From contig CBDCYU010000003.1 in NCBI GenBank assembly GCA_965224345.1, positions 2,100,297 through 2,164,296 of the forward strand: a stretch of 64,000 bases of DNA, in the 5' to 3' direction. The notes under the pieces were generated by a model, which had not been told where the DNA came from, did no database searches, and saw only the letters and a list, made by a program, of their open reading frames with translations. Made by a program: the position numbers and the translations under genes. Shown in pieces: positions 25,248 through 34,733 of this stretch (position 1 is the first letter of the stretch; every line of letters begins with the position of its first letter). The stretch is from Dehalococcoidia bacterium. GTDB lineage: Bacteria; Chloroflexota; Dehalococcoidia; Lucifugimonadales; CBDCYU01.

Positions 25248-25316
25248 CGGTTACGGTCGGCACGACGACGAAGCCGCCGTGCCACGTACCACCAGACCTG
25301 AACAGTTACCGATAGA

Positions 25317-26348
25317 TTAGGTTGCCGGGCCTCTCTCCATGGAGTAGGGCTGCCACCGCCTCAGGTCTGTCTTCTCCAGCACCGACGGGTTAACGCAGGC
25401 CTTGGGCCAGCGCCCGGTGAGCACCAGGGCAATCTCCTGACCCACATGTCTGCGAGCCTCCGGCCTCATTCTGGAAGAGGCCGATGCGACGTGGGGTGTC
25501 AGAATCACGTTGTCCATGTGCAGGATGGGGTTCTCGGGATCGGGCGGCTCCTGTTCCAGGACGTCCAGCCCCGCAGCCGCGATCCAACCCTCTTGAAGGG
25601 CCTTGGTCAGGGCCTCCTCATTCACGGTCGCGCCCCGGCCGTTGTTGATGAAGAGGGCTTCCGGCTTCATCATACGGAAGTGCTCCTCCCTGAGCATCCT
25701 GTTGGCCTCGATCGTACCCGGCGCGTGCATTGAGACGATGTCCGACCGCTGGAGCAGCTCGCTCAGTCCGACGGGCTCCACGCCGTACTGGCTCATCACC
25801 AGCTCCTCTATGTAGGGGTCGTAGGCGATCATTCGCACGCCGAAGGCTCTCGCGCGCATCGCCACGGCCCTTGCCACGTGTCCGAAGGAGATGAGCCCCA
25901 GGGTCTGGCCCATGAGCCTCGGAAATTCGTTCAGCAGCGGCCTGCCCTCGCCCCACCTGCTCTCCCTGACGAACCGGTCCATTGTCAATAGCCGCCGGTA
26001 GGTGGCCAGAATCAGCATCATGGTGTGATCGGCGACCTCCTCTATGAACGTGTCCGGCACGTTGGTCACGGGAATGTTGCGCTCGGTGGCGGCGGCGACG
26101 TCCACGGCATCCGAGCCGACGCTTCCCAGGGAAATCACCCTGCAGTTCTCCAGGCTGTCTATGATGCCCTTGCTGAGTCGGATCCCCGAGGCGACCAACG
26201 CGTCGGCATCCCGTGCTCCCGCTATGAACTCCTCCTCGGTCTCGGCCTCCACCTGGACCACCTCGGCATCGATGGGCCCCAAGGCTTCCATCTCCAGGTC
26301 GTAGGAGTCTCCGCCCGCCCCCTGTACCGCTACTTTGTACTTCGCCAT
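25317..26348 (-). CDS. D-isomer-specific 2-hydroxyacid dehydrogenase (CtBP/glyoxylate reductase-like)
   Basis: The NAD motif is GLISFGHVARAVAMRA. The protein also has FINNGRGATVNEEAL and LTPHVASAS. Confidence 0.9.
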   Translation of the reverse strand: MAKYKVAVQGAGGDSYDLEMEALGPIDAEVVQVEAETEEEFIAGARDADALVASGIRLSKGIIDSLENCRVISLGSVGSDAVDVAAATERNIPVTNVPDTFIEEVADHTMMLILATYRRLLTMDRFVRESRWGEGRPLLNEFPRLMGQTLGLISFGHVARAVAMRARAFGVRMIAYDPYIEELVMSQYGVEPVGLSELLQRSDIVSMHAPGTIEANRMLREEHFRMMKPEALFINNGRGATVNEEALTKALQEGWIAAAGLDVLEQEPPDPENPILHMDNVILTPHVASASSRMRPEARRHVGQEIALVLTGRWPKACVNPSVLEKTDLRRWQPYSMERGPAT

Positions 26349-26646
26349 ATGGTCTCCTCTCTCAATCTACTCCGGATAGACGGCACTAGAATACGTCAGC
26401 CCAGCTATGTGTGTCCAGAGCGAGGTCATCTCAATCTCCCAGTGAAGACCCCCTCAGGGGGAGAGGCAGGTTTGCTCCTCAGGTCCGAACAGTTGCCGTC
26501 GAACGTCTTGATTGACCGGAAAGTTTCGATTCTGGTAGCATGAACGGCGAAGTGGACGAATCCCCTGGTGAGAGACCCTCTACCATACGCCTAGCGCTGG
26601 GCTGCCGAGTCCAGCGATAGGCCGCCCCTGACCTCGTACCCATCCC

Positions 26647-28020
26647 ATGAGCACCCAGGCGGCCGTAGTGCTGGCAGCGGGTAGAGGTACCCGCATGAAG
26701 TCACAGACCCCCAAGGTACTCCATCGTGTCTGTGGCCTGGAGATGGTGCGGCTCGTGGTCGACGCAGCCCGCGCAGCCCGCCTGGACCCCATCGTCGTAG
26801 TGGTGCCTCGGGACGGGGCGCATATCCGCAGCGCCCTCAAGAGCGGGGTGTCGTACGCGGTGCAGCCGGAGGCGATGGGGACCGGTCACGCCCTGCTCCA
26901 AGCAGAGCCCTCCCTGGGCAGCGCGGACCAGGTGACAGTGCTCAACGGGGACGTCCCTCTGATTAGCTCGGTCACCCTCAGCAAGCTTTCGGAGCACCAC
27001 CGTCGGAGCGGGGCGTGTGTTGCCCTAATGGTTTCGACAGGGGCCAACCCCGCTGGCATGGGGCGTATAGTGAGGTCGGCTACGGGTGCGATAGTGAACG
27101 TCGTCGAGGATGAGGACACAGACGAAGAGAGCCGGCCTATCGAGGAGGTGAACGGTGGAGTCTACTGCTTCGAGGCTGGTTGGCTCTGGAGCAACCTGGG
27201 CTCGATGCCGCCGTCTCCCTCCGGAGAGGTGCGTATTACCGACCTCGTAGCCTTGGCCGCTGGGCAGGGTATGGCCATCGAGTCGGTCAGACCGGAGTCC
27301 GAGATCGAGGCGCTGGGTGTGAATACGCGAGTTGCCCTTGCCCAAGCGGAGGCGTTCTGCCGAGAACGCATAAGAGAGCGATGGATGCTTGGCGGGGTGA
27401 CGCTATCCGATCCGTCGTCGGTCTACATCGACGCGGAGGCCGAGATAGGTCAAGACACCATCGTTCTCCCGAACACTCACCTTTTGGGCGCTACACGCAT
27501 AGGGCAGCGGTGCACGGTCGGACCGAACTCCATAGTCGACGGTTCCCGCGTGGGGGACGAATGCAGTATCGTCTCCTCGGTGATCGAGCACTCTACCATC
27601 GACGACCGCGTCAGCGTTGGCCCCTTCAGCCGTATCCGCGGAGGCGCCCGCTTGGAGTCGGACGTGTACGTCGGGACCCACGCCGAGGTGAAGGGCAGCC
27701 GCCTTGGGCCGGGTACGAAGTCTTCCCACTTCAGCTACATAGGAGACGCGGACGTGGGCGCCAACGTGAACATAGGTGCGGGCGCCGTTACGTGCAACTA
27801 CGACGGCGAACGGAAGAACAGGACGACCATCGGCGACGACGCCTTCATCGGCTCCGACACCATGCTGGTGGCGCCGGTAAAAGTGGGAGCCCGTTCCTCG
27901 ACGGGCGCGGGCGCGGTAGTGACCCGCGACGTTCCCGAAGACTCGCTGGCCGTCGGCGTACCGGCTAGGGTTTCGCCCAAGAAGCAAGGCCTAGCCTCTG
28001 ACCTGCGTGAAGGGCTGTAA
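26647..28020 (+). CDS. glmU: bifunctional UDP-N-acetylglucosamine pyrophosphorylase / glucosamine-1-phosphate N-acetyltransferase
   Basis: VVLAAGRGTRMKSQTPKVLH is the N-terminal nucleotidyltransferase motif. The C-terminal left-handed beta-helix hexapeptide repeats include NYDGERKNRTTIGD. Confidence 0.9.
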   Translation: MSTQAAVVLAAGRGTRMKSQTPKVLHRVCGLEMVRLVVDAARAARLDPIVVVVPRDGAHIRSALKSGVSYAVQPEAMGTGHALLQAEPSLGSADQVTVLNGDVPLISSVTLSKLSEHHRRSGACVALMVSTGANPAGMGRIVRSATGAIVNVVEDEDTDEESRPIEEVNGGVYCFEAGWLWSNLGSMPPSPSGEVRITDLVALAAGQGMAIESVRPESEIEALGVNTRVALAQAEAFCRERIRERWMLGGVTLSDPSSVYIDAEAEIGQDTIVLPNTHLLGATRIGQRCTVGPNSIVDGSRVGDECSIVSSVIEHSTIDDRVSVGPFSRIRGGARLESDVYVGTHAEVKGSRLGPGTKSSHFSYIGDADVGANVNIGAGAVTCNYDGERKNRTTIGDDAFIGSDTMLVAPVKVGARSSTGAGAVVTRDVPEDSLAVGVPARVSPKKQGLASDLREGL

Positions 28021-28023
28021 TCA

Positions 28024-29289
28024 GTGGAAAGCGACACTTGGTTATCGATTTTGGCCCTGGCTGTGTCGACCGCCTGCTTCGCCATTACGTCAATCGTTGA
28101 CGCGAGCCTGCGGTCGGTCCGCCGAGAGCGGTTGCAACGTCTGATAGCCGAGGGACGGCCAGGAGCGGCCAAGGTCGAGCGCCTCCATTCCCTGCCAATG
28201 GGGCCGGCAGGCTCCACGTCTCTGACGAGGCTCTTGGCGCTGGTTGCAGCCGTCATATCCTCCGTCGCCGTCCTCATCGTCTTCAAAGGCGTCAGCTGGC
28301 CGGGCATCGCTCTCTCCTCCATCGCCGCCCTGGCTCTCCTCGGCTTGATCCACACCCTCTCATCGGTGGCAGCAGCAACCTTCGGGGAGCGGATCGCCCT
28401 GGGAACGTCCTTCTATCCCCGCACCCTCGCCTGGATACTGAACCCGGTCCTAGCCGTCCACTCCCTCCTGGCCCGGCGCCGAGGGGTCAACGACCCGCTG
28501 GACGCTGCCTCCGAGCTGGTTCCCACCGAGATTGAGCTTCCAGCCGAGTCCGCCGGAGAGCCCCTGGACGAGCGAGAGGTCCGGATGATCCACGCGGTGG
28601 TCCAACAAGACAAGACCGTGGCAAGGGAGATTATGGTCCCCCGCGTGGACATGGTGACGGCAGAGCTGGGCTCGCCAATCAACGAGCTGGCCGAGCAGAT
28701 GGTGGCGGGAGGACACAGCAGAATCCCCGTGTTCAACGGAGACCTCGACCACATAGAGGGCGTCGTTCACGCTCGCGACCTCCTGGAGCACATGGTGCGT
28801 GGAGATCCGAGCAAGCTGCTCCAAAAGGAATTGATGCGCGCCACCCTCTTCATCCCGGAGTCCAAGACCCTGGAAGAGCTGCTCAAAGAGTTTCAAGGGC
28901 TAAGGGTCCACATGGCCATCGTCATCGACGAGTACGGCGGGGTCTCGGGACTCGTAACCATCGAGGACCTGCTGGAGGAGATCGTGGGGGAGATCCAGGA
29001 CGAGTTCGACGTGGGAGAGCCCAACGTCGAGCTCGTCGACGACTCCCACTACGCCATGGACGCCAAGGTCAGCATCGACCAGCTCAACGACCTGTTGAAC
29101 GTATCGGTAGAGGGCGACGGGTTCGACACCCTGGGAGGGTTCGTATACCAGCGCCTGGGGAGGATCCCCAGCGCCGGCGATACCGTGGAGTACGACGGTC
29201 TGGTGGTAAAGGTGATCACCACAATCGGACGGCGCCCGAAGCAGCTGCACGTGTGGAGAAGCACAGCCTCCTCGGAAGAGTCGTCCTGA
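28024..29289 (+). CDS. hemolysin-family protein (CNNM/DUF21 TM domain + CBS pair + CorC_HlyC)
   Basis: Four N-terminal TM helices are followed by a CBS-pair region ([11 protein letters not shown]…HSRIPVF…) and a C-terminal CorC/HlyC domain (…[13 protein letters not shown]). The GTG start is 4 nt after the glmU stop. Confidence 0.9.
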   Translation: MESDTWLSILALAVSTACFAITSIVDASLRSVRRERLQRLIAEGRPGAAKVERLHSLPMGPAGSTSLTRLLALVAAVISSVAVLIVFKGVSWPGIALSSIAALALLGLIHTLSSVAAATFGERIALGTSFYPRTLAWILNPVLAVHSLLARRRGVNDPLDAASELVPTEIELPAESAGEPLDEREVRMIHAVVQQDKTVAREIMVPRVDMVTAELGSPINELAEQMVAGGHSRIPVFNGDLDHIEGVVHARDLLEHMVRGDPSKLLQKELMRATLFIPESKTLEELLKEFQGLRVHMAIVIDEYGGVSGLVTIEDLLEEIVGEIQDEFDVGEPNVELVDDSHYAMDAKVSIDQLNDLLNVSVEGDGFDTLGGFVYQRLGRIPSAGDTVEYDGLVVKVITTIGRRPKQLHVWRSTASSEESS

Positions 29290-29314
29290 TTGCTGCGTGG
29301 ACGTGGACAGTAAT

Positions 29315-29347
29315 GAAAGAGCCCTCGCCAGTGGCGAGGGCTCTTTC
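29315..29347. terminator. 15-bp perfect hairpin between convergent genes (bidirectional terminator candidate)
   Basis: gaaagagccctcgcc-agt-ggcgagggctctttc lies 26 nt after the stop at 29289. Confidence 0.6.
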
Positions 29348-29409
29348 TCATAGGCCGGCTAGGCCCCCATCCTAACCCTCCCCCTTGCGGGGAAGGGGCT
29401 TTGAGATAG

Positions 29410-30351
29410 TTACTTAGCCTCGGACACCCACAATGGGGCGGTCGCCTCAGAGCCCATGGTCCCAACCGCCTTTACGGTGTATATTCCGACGGCCAGCTCG
29501 ATTTCCGCATTCACGGTGAACGCTCCCGAGCTGTTGCTGGGAGTAGCTATGATGATCGTGTCCTGGCCCTGGCTGGCTGCCAGCGCCGTGAGGGTCACCG
29601 TCTCGTCGGCGTGGAATCCGGCTCCCCAGAATGTGGTTGTCCCGCCTGGCTCCACCGCGTTGGCCACGAGGCTCGACCCCGGCATGGGCGGTATCGGCGG
29701 CTCAGGCGGCGGGGGAGCGATCACAATCGGCTGGCTGGCGACGCTGCCGTCGGAGCCCTCCGCCATAAGGGTATGGACACCTTCGGACGCAGAGCCGCCG
29801 ATGGCGGCGACGTCCAGGACGAAAGCCCCCGCGCCGTTGGCGGTTACCTGGCTTCCGGAGCCGCCGCCTATGATGATCTTGGTCGCCGGTGTAACGAGCA
29901 CCAGGGTTATCGCCTCCGAGGGCCGGAATCCGGAGCCGGCAATGGCCAAGGGCTCATCCAGCGCAACCGTGGACTTGCTGGTCATCAGAGCGGCCTGAGG
30001 TGAAACGGCCGGATCCCCGGGAGAACCCTGTGGTCCCGGCGAGCCCACAGCTCCGGGGGCGCCTGGTGTGCCCCTGGGCCCGACGGGGCCCTGTACCCCG
30101 GGAGAACCTTGCTCGCCCGGCTCTCCCCTAAGTCCCTGGAGGCCCTGCTGGCCGCGGAGCCCCTGCGCCCCATCGGCGCCCGGAGCACCATCGACGGCAT
30201 CGATGGCATCGATGCCGTCGATGCCGGGCTCTCCCTGGGGCCCTGTGGGCCCGGCTGAACCCGCAGAGCCTACGTCGCCCGTACAGGCCAGCATCGCAAC
30301 CGAGAGCAGCAGAGCAAGCGCCAGTAACCTTGGAAGTGCACTCTTATTCAC
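29410..30351 (-). CDS. collagen-like triple-helix-repeat lipoprotein with two Ig-like beta-rich repeats
   Basis: The lipobox is LSVAMLAC|TGD. A long G-X-Y run follows (GPTGPQGEPG…GLRGEPGEQGSPGVQGPVGPRGTPGAPG…). The C-terminal part has two related modules (…AIAGSGFRPSEAITLVL… and …FWGAGFHADETVTLTAL…). Confidence 0.8.
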   Translation of the reverse strand: MNKSALPRLLALALLLSVAMLACTGDVGSAGSAGPTGPQGEPGIDGIDAIDAVDGAPGADGAQGLRGQQGLQGLRGEPGEQGSPGVQGPVGPRGTPGAPGAVGSPGPQGSPGDPAVSPQAALMTSKSTVALDEPLAIAGSGFRPSEAITLVLVTPATKIIIGGGSGSQVTANGAGAFVLDVAAIGGSASEGVHTLMAEGSDGSVASQPIVIAPPPPEPPIPPMPGSSLVANAVEPGGTTTFWGAGFHADETVTLTALAASQGQDTIIIATPSNSSGAFTVNAEIELAVGIYTVKAVGTMGSEATAPLWVSEAK

Positions 30352-30573
30352 CTGATCCCTCCGATACGCATTGAGTACTTACGTGTTAACGGCCAAAGAC
30401 ACACGGGCGCCTATCCGACAGCAGGGCGATTGCCGCGGGCGCTAGAGAGACCATTCGGAGCACCGTTACGGGTACGGTGCGGGACCCTGTAAACCGTCTT
30501 CACAAAAGAAACGACCGGGAACATAATTAGAAGCTATCTTCCCTACTTCCAACTGGTCCCGGCCGCAACATTG

Positions 30574-30613
30574 ATAGGTGCTTCAGCTCGACGACACTCG
30601 CTGAAGCACCTAT
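30574..30613. other. 14-bp perfect inverted repeat with a 12-nt loop, in the intergenic region between the collagen-like paralogues
   Basis: ataggtgcttcagc-tcgacgacactc-gctgaagcacctat is followed on the + strand by ttgattttcttc. It lies about 50 nt downstream of the stop of the 30661 gene (minus strand). Confidence 0.4.
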
Positions 30614-30660
30614 TTGATTTTCTTCAGACTGTTGATCGTGCGCGCACCTCGCGCCGCCGG

Positions 30661-31347
30661 CTACTTTTCTTCCACCACCAGCAGCGGTGCGGTTACCCCG
30701 GGGGAACCCGAGGACCGGGTAGCCGCCAGGGTGTACAGACCTGGATCAAGGGTTACCTCAGCTTCGACCATGAAAGTCATAGCACCGTCTGCAGTGGCGG
30801 AGGCCAGGATCACGTCCGCGCCACCCCCCTGCATGACGGTCAAGGTCACTTCCTCGTCCGCCGTGAACCCTGAACCGTAGACCATCGTCATCCCGCCCGT
30901 CTCCACGGCATTCGCTACCAGGCTCGGTGCGGGCATCGCGGGCATAGGCGCAGGAGCAGCCTCACCTGGGTCACCTTTGGGCCCAGCAGGACCCTGCGGA
31001 CCCCGTGTGCCTGAGGCGCCTTGGGCGCCCTGGGCGCCGGCCAATCCGGACGATCCAGAAGGACCTGGAGGGCCCGGAGGACCCGACGGCCCGGCAGAAC
31101 CCGCGTCGCCCTTCGAACCCTGTTGACCCCCTGGTCCCTGCACCCCCTGTGAACCGACGATGCCCTGTGCGCCAGTCCCCCCGGGAGCCCCGTCGATGCC
31201 GTCCACCCCTCGAGCTCCCTGGCTACCCGTGGGGCCCGGAGGCCCTGCGGATCCTACATCGCCCTGACACCCTATGAGAGCGACAACCGAGAGAATCGAG
31301 ATTAGCAGGATTGGGACCAAGCCCCCTGACAGAATACTCTTTCTCAT
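30661..31347 (-). CDS. collagen-like triple-helix-repeat lipoprotein (paralogue of 29410..30351, one Ig-like module)
   Basis: The start is at MRKSILSGG, preceded by GAAGGGGG. The lipobox is VVALIGC|QGD. The same CxGDVGSAGPxGP entry into G-X-Y repeats is present, and the C-terminus is SLVANAVETGGMTMVYGSGFTADEEVTLTV…APLLVVEEK. Confidence 0.8.
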   Translation of the reverse strand: MRKSILSGGLVPILLISILSVVALIGCQGDVGSAGPPGPTGSQGARGVDGIDGAPGGTGAQGIVGSQGVQGPGGQQGSKGDAGSAGPSGPPGPPGPSGSSGLAGAQGAQGASGTRGPQGPAGPKGDPGEAAPAPMPAMPAPSLVANAVETGGMTMVYGSGFTADEEVTLTVMQGGGADVILASATADGAMTFMVEAEVTLDPGLYTLAATRSSGSPGVTAPLLVVEEK

Positions 31348-31646
31348 CTGACCCCCTTCACAATCATGGATATGAACAGACCTATTTCTCCGTAAGTACA
31401 CCTTCAAACGGCGCGTTAATCATATTAACAGCGCCCCTGTATGTCAAGTGTTTCTCCGACATGTCTGCAGGTAAGTTGCCCCTTCCCTCCAGCCAGCCTC
31501 TCTGAGCCTGCCGGACAGCCATTAGAGGAGCCCCCATAGCATAGGGCGGCGAGCGTGGTTTCGCAATGTCGAATCGGGCGACGGAGCTCGGGCGCCGCCA
31601 ACGCCTTGTCGTCCGGGTTTCGTACCTGGTATAGTTTGGTTTCCGT

Positions 31647-31721
31647 GCCCCCGTAGCTCAGTGGATAGAGCACTGGCCTCCGGAGCCAGGAGCGTGGGTT
31701 CGAATCCCGCCGGGGGTACCA
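31647..31721 (+). tRNA. tRNA-Arg (anticodon CCG), CCA encoded
   Basis: GCCCCCGTAGCTCAGTGGATAGAGCACTGGCCTCCGGAGCCAGGAGCGTGGGTTCGAATCCCGCCGGGGGTACCA has a 7-bp acceptor stem, a GTTCGAATC T-loop and the anticodon loop CTCCGGA. Confidence 0.9.
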
Positions 31722-31839
31722 TCTACGGCCTACCTGTACTGTCTCCACAACTAATCGACAGCAGCCGCTGTTGCCCTGGGCGGAGCTCATGGCCAAGGGG
31801 CCAGTGAAACCTAAGTGCCGCAGCCGCAGCCCGCTACCA

Positions 31840-31879
31840 CGTCCCTGTTCCAGTAGGCGTGTAGCCTGGAACAGGGACG
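31840..31879. other. 14-bp perfect inverted repeat with a 12-nt loop
   Basis: cgtccctgttccag-taggcgtgtagc-ctggaacagggacg lies 119 nt downstream of tRNA-Arg. Confidence 0.5.
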
Positions 31880-32092
31880 GAGGAGCAGGCAGGCGCGGAG
31901 CGCTGAGCGGAAAGACACAGCGATAGGCGCGGTGAATCATAGACTCGCTGTACCCCGCAAAAGAGTTGCTCTTGGAAGGCTGCGGAAGATCTTCCGTAGA
32001 TGGGATTGCACCGCAGGGATGGAGTGGGTTGATCCCCATGCGGGGAACATCGTAAGGCCAGGCAACGATGCCAAAGAGGGGGATATCGTGTC

Positions 32093-32881
32093 GTGTCACT
32101 GAAGCTGGTCAACTGGAATGTCGAATGGGTGACGCCCAGGTCGCCGCGCCGCGATGAGGTCCTGCACCGCATCCATGGACATGCCCCCGAGATCGTCTGT
32201 CTCACCGAGACGCACGACGGGCTGCTGTCTCAAGATGGGCACACGATCTGCTCGCAGCCCGACTACGGATACGCCATCAGAGAGGGTCGGCGGAAGGTGC
32301 TGCTGTGGTCGAGGCAGCCGTGGGAGCAGGTCGATGACGTGGGAATCGGTTCGATGCCGCCCGGACGATTTGTGTCCGGCGTCACACAGACCTCGGTGGG
32401 CGAGGTGACGGTTATCGGGGTCTGTATCCCTTGGTTCGGATCACGGACTGAAGCCAAACGAACGCAGGAACGCAAGATGCAGTGGGAAGACCATGAACAG
32501 TATCTGACCGGTCTCACTGAAGTTCTTGGACAGGCGTCAGCTAGGCGCCTGATCGTGATGGGGGACTTCAATCAGCGGATCGGGCCGGACAGCCGTGCGC
32601 GCCGTGAACTTCGATTGGCGCTTCAGAGTGCCTTCCCGCCGGCCATGATGATCGCTACCTCGGCGCTTGGTTTCCGAGGCCGCAGAGCCATCGACCACAT
32701 CGTATTGAGTGAGGACCTGACAGCCGAGTCTCTGGGTGTGATCAGCAACATCTACGACGGGAGAAAACTGTCAGACCACTTCGGAGTCGTTGCCGATCTG
32801 TCTGCCCGACACTCCCCGGTAGCGTCGGTGGTCGGTGTATGCGAGGGCAAGGTGAGTGGGGCAGAGGCGGCCGAGGAGTGA
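32093..32881 (+). CDS. endonuclease/exonuclease/phosphatase (EEP) family protein
   Basis: A GTG start gives LKLVNWNVEW, with EIVCLTE, LIVMGDFNQ and a terminal LSDHFGVVADL (the catalytic DH). These are the typical EEP motifs. Confidence 0.8.
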   Translation: MSLKLVNWNVEWVTPRSPRRDEVLHRIHGHAPEIVCLTETHDGLLSQDGHTICSQPDYGYAIREGRRKVLLWSRQPWEQVDDVGIGSMPPGRFVSGVTQTSVGEVTVIGVCIPWFGSRTEAKRTQERKMQWEDHEQYLTGLTEVLGQASARRLIVMGDFNQRIGPDSRARRELRLALQSAFPPAMMIATSALGFRGRRAIDHIVLSEDLTAESLGVISNIYDGRKLSDHFGVVADLSARHSPVASVVGVCEGKVSGAEAAEE

Positions 32882-32935
32882 GCGCCATTTGTGGCGACTA
32901 CTCCTCTTGCGAGTCCGTCCGGCGGGTTGAGAGGG

Positions 32936-34213
32936 TTACGGGGTGGGAGCGGGTCCCAGCACGCGGTAACCCAGATTGTCCTCAGTCCGCTCGGCGGTGG
33001 GCAGGACCTCGATCACCACGTTGGACAGTCCGATCACGTCACCGCTTTCGTCGAAGCTGTAGTTGTCACCGATGGCTCCACTCCAGGTAAGGCCGTACAG
33101 ACAGTCCCGGAAGCCCGCGGCGTCCTGGTCATCGTTGGTCCGCTTCAGGCACTCGGCGGCGATGTAGACGTCGTCGTAAGCGGAACCCTGGAACCAGGGC
33201 AATGAGGCAACGGCGCCGTAGCGGGCCTTGAAGTTCTTCAGGAACTCCTTGCCGGAGGCGCTGGTCAGGTCAGGGTTGGGTACGATGGCCTTCAGGCCGG
33301 TGGCGGCGTCACCGGCGATGCTGAGGGCATCGGGGGCCGTGGGGACGATTTCGGAAAAGATCAGGCCATCGTATCCCAGTTCCCGGGCCTGCTTGATGAT
33401 GGTGCCGCCGGAGGCCTCGCCCTGGGCGGCCAAGAGCAACGCGTCGGGGTTCTCGCTGAACAGTTTGGTCAACTGGCTGCGAAAGTCGATAACGTCGGAA
33501 GAGTAGCCTTCCGCCGCTACCACGGAGCCGCCCAGCTCCTCGAATCGCGCGACCGCAGCTCGGCGCGTGCCCTCCGCGTAGTCCGTGGACTCGGTGATAG
33601 TGGCGATGCTGCGCACTCCGTCAACCCAGAGGGTGTTGCCCATGTCGATGCCCAGCCGGAGATCGTTGATCGCGGTACGGAAGATATAGTCGCCGGCGGA
33701 GGCGATGTCAGGGCTGGTGGCGGACGCGGAAAAGAGGATGACGCCGTCCTTTTCGGCCAGAGGGGCCGCGCCGAGCATCGAGCCGCTGCAAGTGGTACCC
33801 AGGATGATCTTGACGCCGTCCACATCGGTCAGCTTGTTGTAGGCGGTAATGGCATCCTGCGCGGCGCATTTGGAGTCCTCTACTATGAGCTCCAGCATCC
33901 GGCCGTTGATTCCGCCAGCAGCGTTGATCTCCTCCACGGCCAGCAGTCTGGCTTGGTGCAGGGGGTTGCCGTAGGATTCGGCAACCCCGGTAAGAGCGTC
34001 CATTGCGCCAATCACGAAAGGCTCGTCCGCGGCCATCGCCATGCCCGTTGGAGGGGGCTCGGCCGTGGCCGCCGCGGTGATGGCCTCAGGCGCGGCGACA
34101 GGGGTTGGCGTTGGGTCTGAACCGCAGCCAAGAATCAGAAACACCGGCAGCCCAAGCAAGACAATCGTTTTCCAGGATATGGGTCGCAACTTACGCTCCT
34201 TAGCGGAGGGCAT
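32936..34213 (-). CDS. ABC transporter substrate-binding lipoprotein, branched-chain amino acid (LivJ/K, Peripla_BP_6)-like; no cognate permease nearby
   Basis: The lipobox is FLILGC|GS. The type I periplasmic binding fold pattern is present (…FVIGAMDALTGVAESYGNP…INAAGGINGRMLELIVEDSKC…). Confidence 0.85.
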   Translation of the reverse strand: MPSAKERKLRPISWKTIVLLGLPVFLILGCGSDPTPTPVAAPEAITAAATAEPPPTGMAMAADEPFVIGAMDALTGVAESYGNPLHQARLLAVEEINAAGGINGRMLELIVEDSKCAAQDAITAYNKLTDVDGVKIILGTTCSGSMLGAAPLAEKDGVILFSASATSPDIASAGDYIFRTAINDLRLGIDMGNTLWVDGVRSIATITESTDYAEGTRRAAVARFEELGGSVVAAEGYSSDVIDFRSQLTKLFSENPDALLLAAQGEASGGTIIKQARELGYDGLIFSEIVPTAPDALSIAGDAATGLKAIVPNPDLTSASGKEFLKNFKARYGAVASLPWFQGSAYDDVYIAAECLKRTNDDQDAAGFRDCLYGLTWSGAIGDNYSFDESGDVIGLSNVVIEVLPTAERTEDNLGYRVLGPAPTP

Positions 34214-34346
34214 TTGGCTCGTGGCTTCCCACAGGAAGCGTACTCGGGTTCAGTAGAGCAGCCAAACGAGATGGCTGCATCGTATATGGTATTCCGATGT
34301 CGGTCAATCTCTGGTAACTCCAACAGTTGACGCGAGACGCTGGTGA

Positions 34347-34720
34347 GTGCAGGATTGCCTTCCAAGTGCCCAATCGTGGTATTCTGCCTTTGGCTTGCCA
34401 CTCTATCCGGGCTGGGAGACGATCCTGTCAGCAGCTTCTCGAAACCCCCGTTACGAGGCGCACGAGAACCCATCCCTGCCGGCTTCTCTGGGTTTCGCCG
34501 CGCAGTTCAGCGTGGTCGCATCCGTCACCCTGCTGGCAACGCCGGTTGTCGTAGCCAAGGCGTCGGGGCGGGACGACTCCTACCTGGTGTGGATGGTCTT
34601 CGCCTCTCTGCTGGTCGCTGGCGTGTCCACGCTGGTGCAGGTGCGGCGGGTGGGGCCGGTGGGGGCCGGCGCCCTACTCCCCATGTTCACGGCGGCCTTC
34701 TCGATTCCCTTTTGCAGTCA
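34347..34720 (+). pseudogene. N-terminal remnant of a nucleobase:cation symporter-2 (xanthine/uracil permease)-like gene
   Basis: NPSLPASLGFAAQFSVVASVTLLATPVVVAKASGRDDSYLVWMVFASLLVAGVSTLVQVRRVGPVGAGALLPMFTAAFSIPF matches the first TM helices of NCS2 permeases. Similarity stops where the convergent amidase gene ends (34734). The rest of the track ORF is antisense read-through. Confidence 0.45.
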
Positions 34721-34733
34721 TGCGCGTTCCCCA

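Noticed and set aside
26349-26646. The ~300-bp region upstream of glmU could be a riboswitch or ribozyme leader (a glmS-type idea). It has a possible TTGACC-18-TAGCAT promoter at 26512-26541.
   Set aside because: I could not recognise any conserved riboswitch or ribozyme core. The glmS ribozyme belongs upstream of glmS, not glmU. Only short generic hairpins are present. A covariance-model scan (Rfam/Infernal) would be the decisive test.
31722-32092. A search for an integrase gene or a direct repeat of the tRNA 3' end that would define a classical tRNA-integrated island. This was done at tRNA-Arg and also at tRNA-Leu.
   Set aside because: No tyrosine or serine recombinase is present anywhere in the window, and no tRNA-end repeat was found by eye. 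A computational repeat search is still needed.
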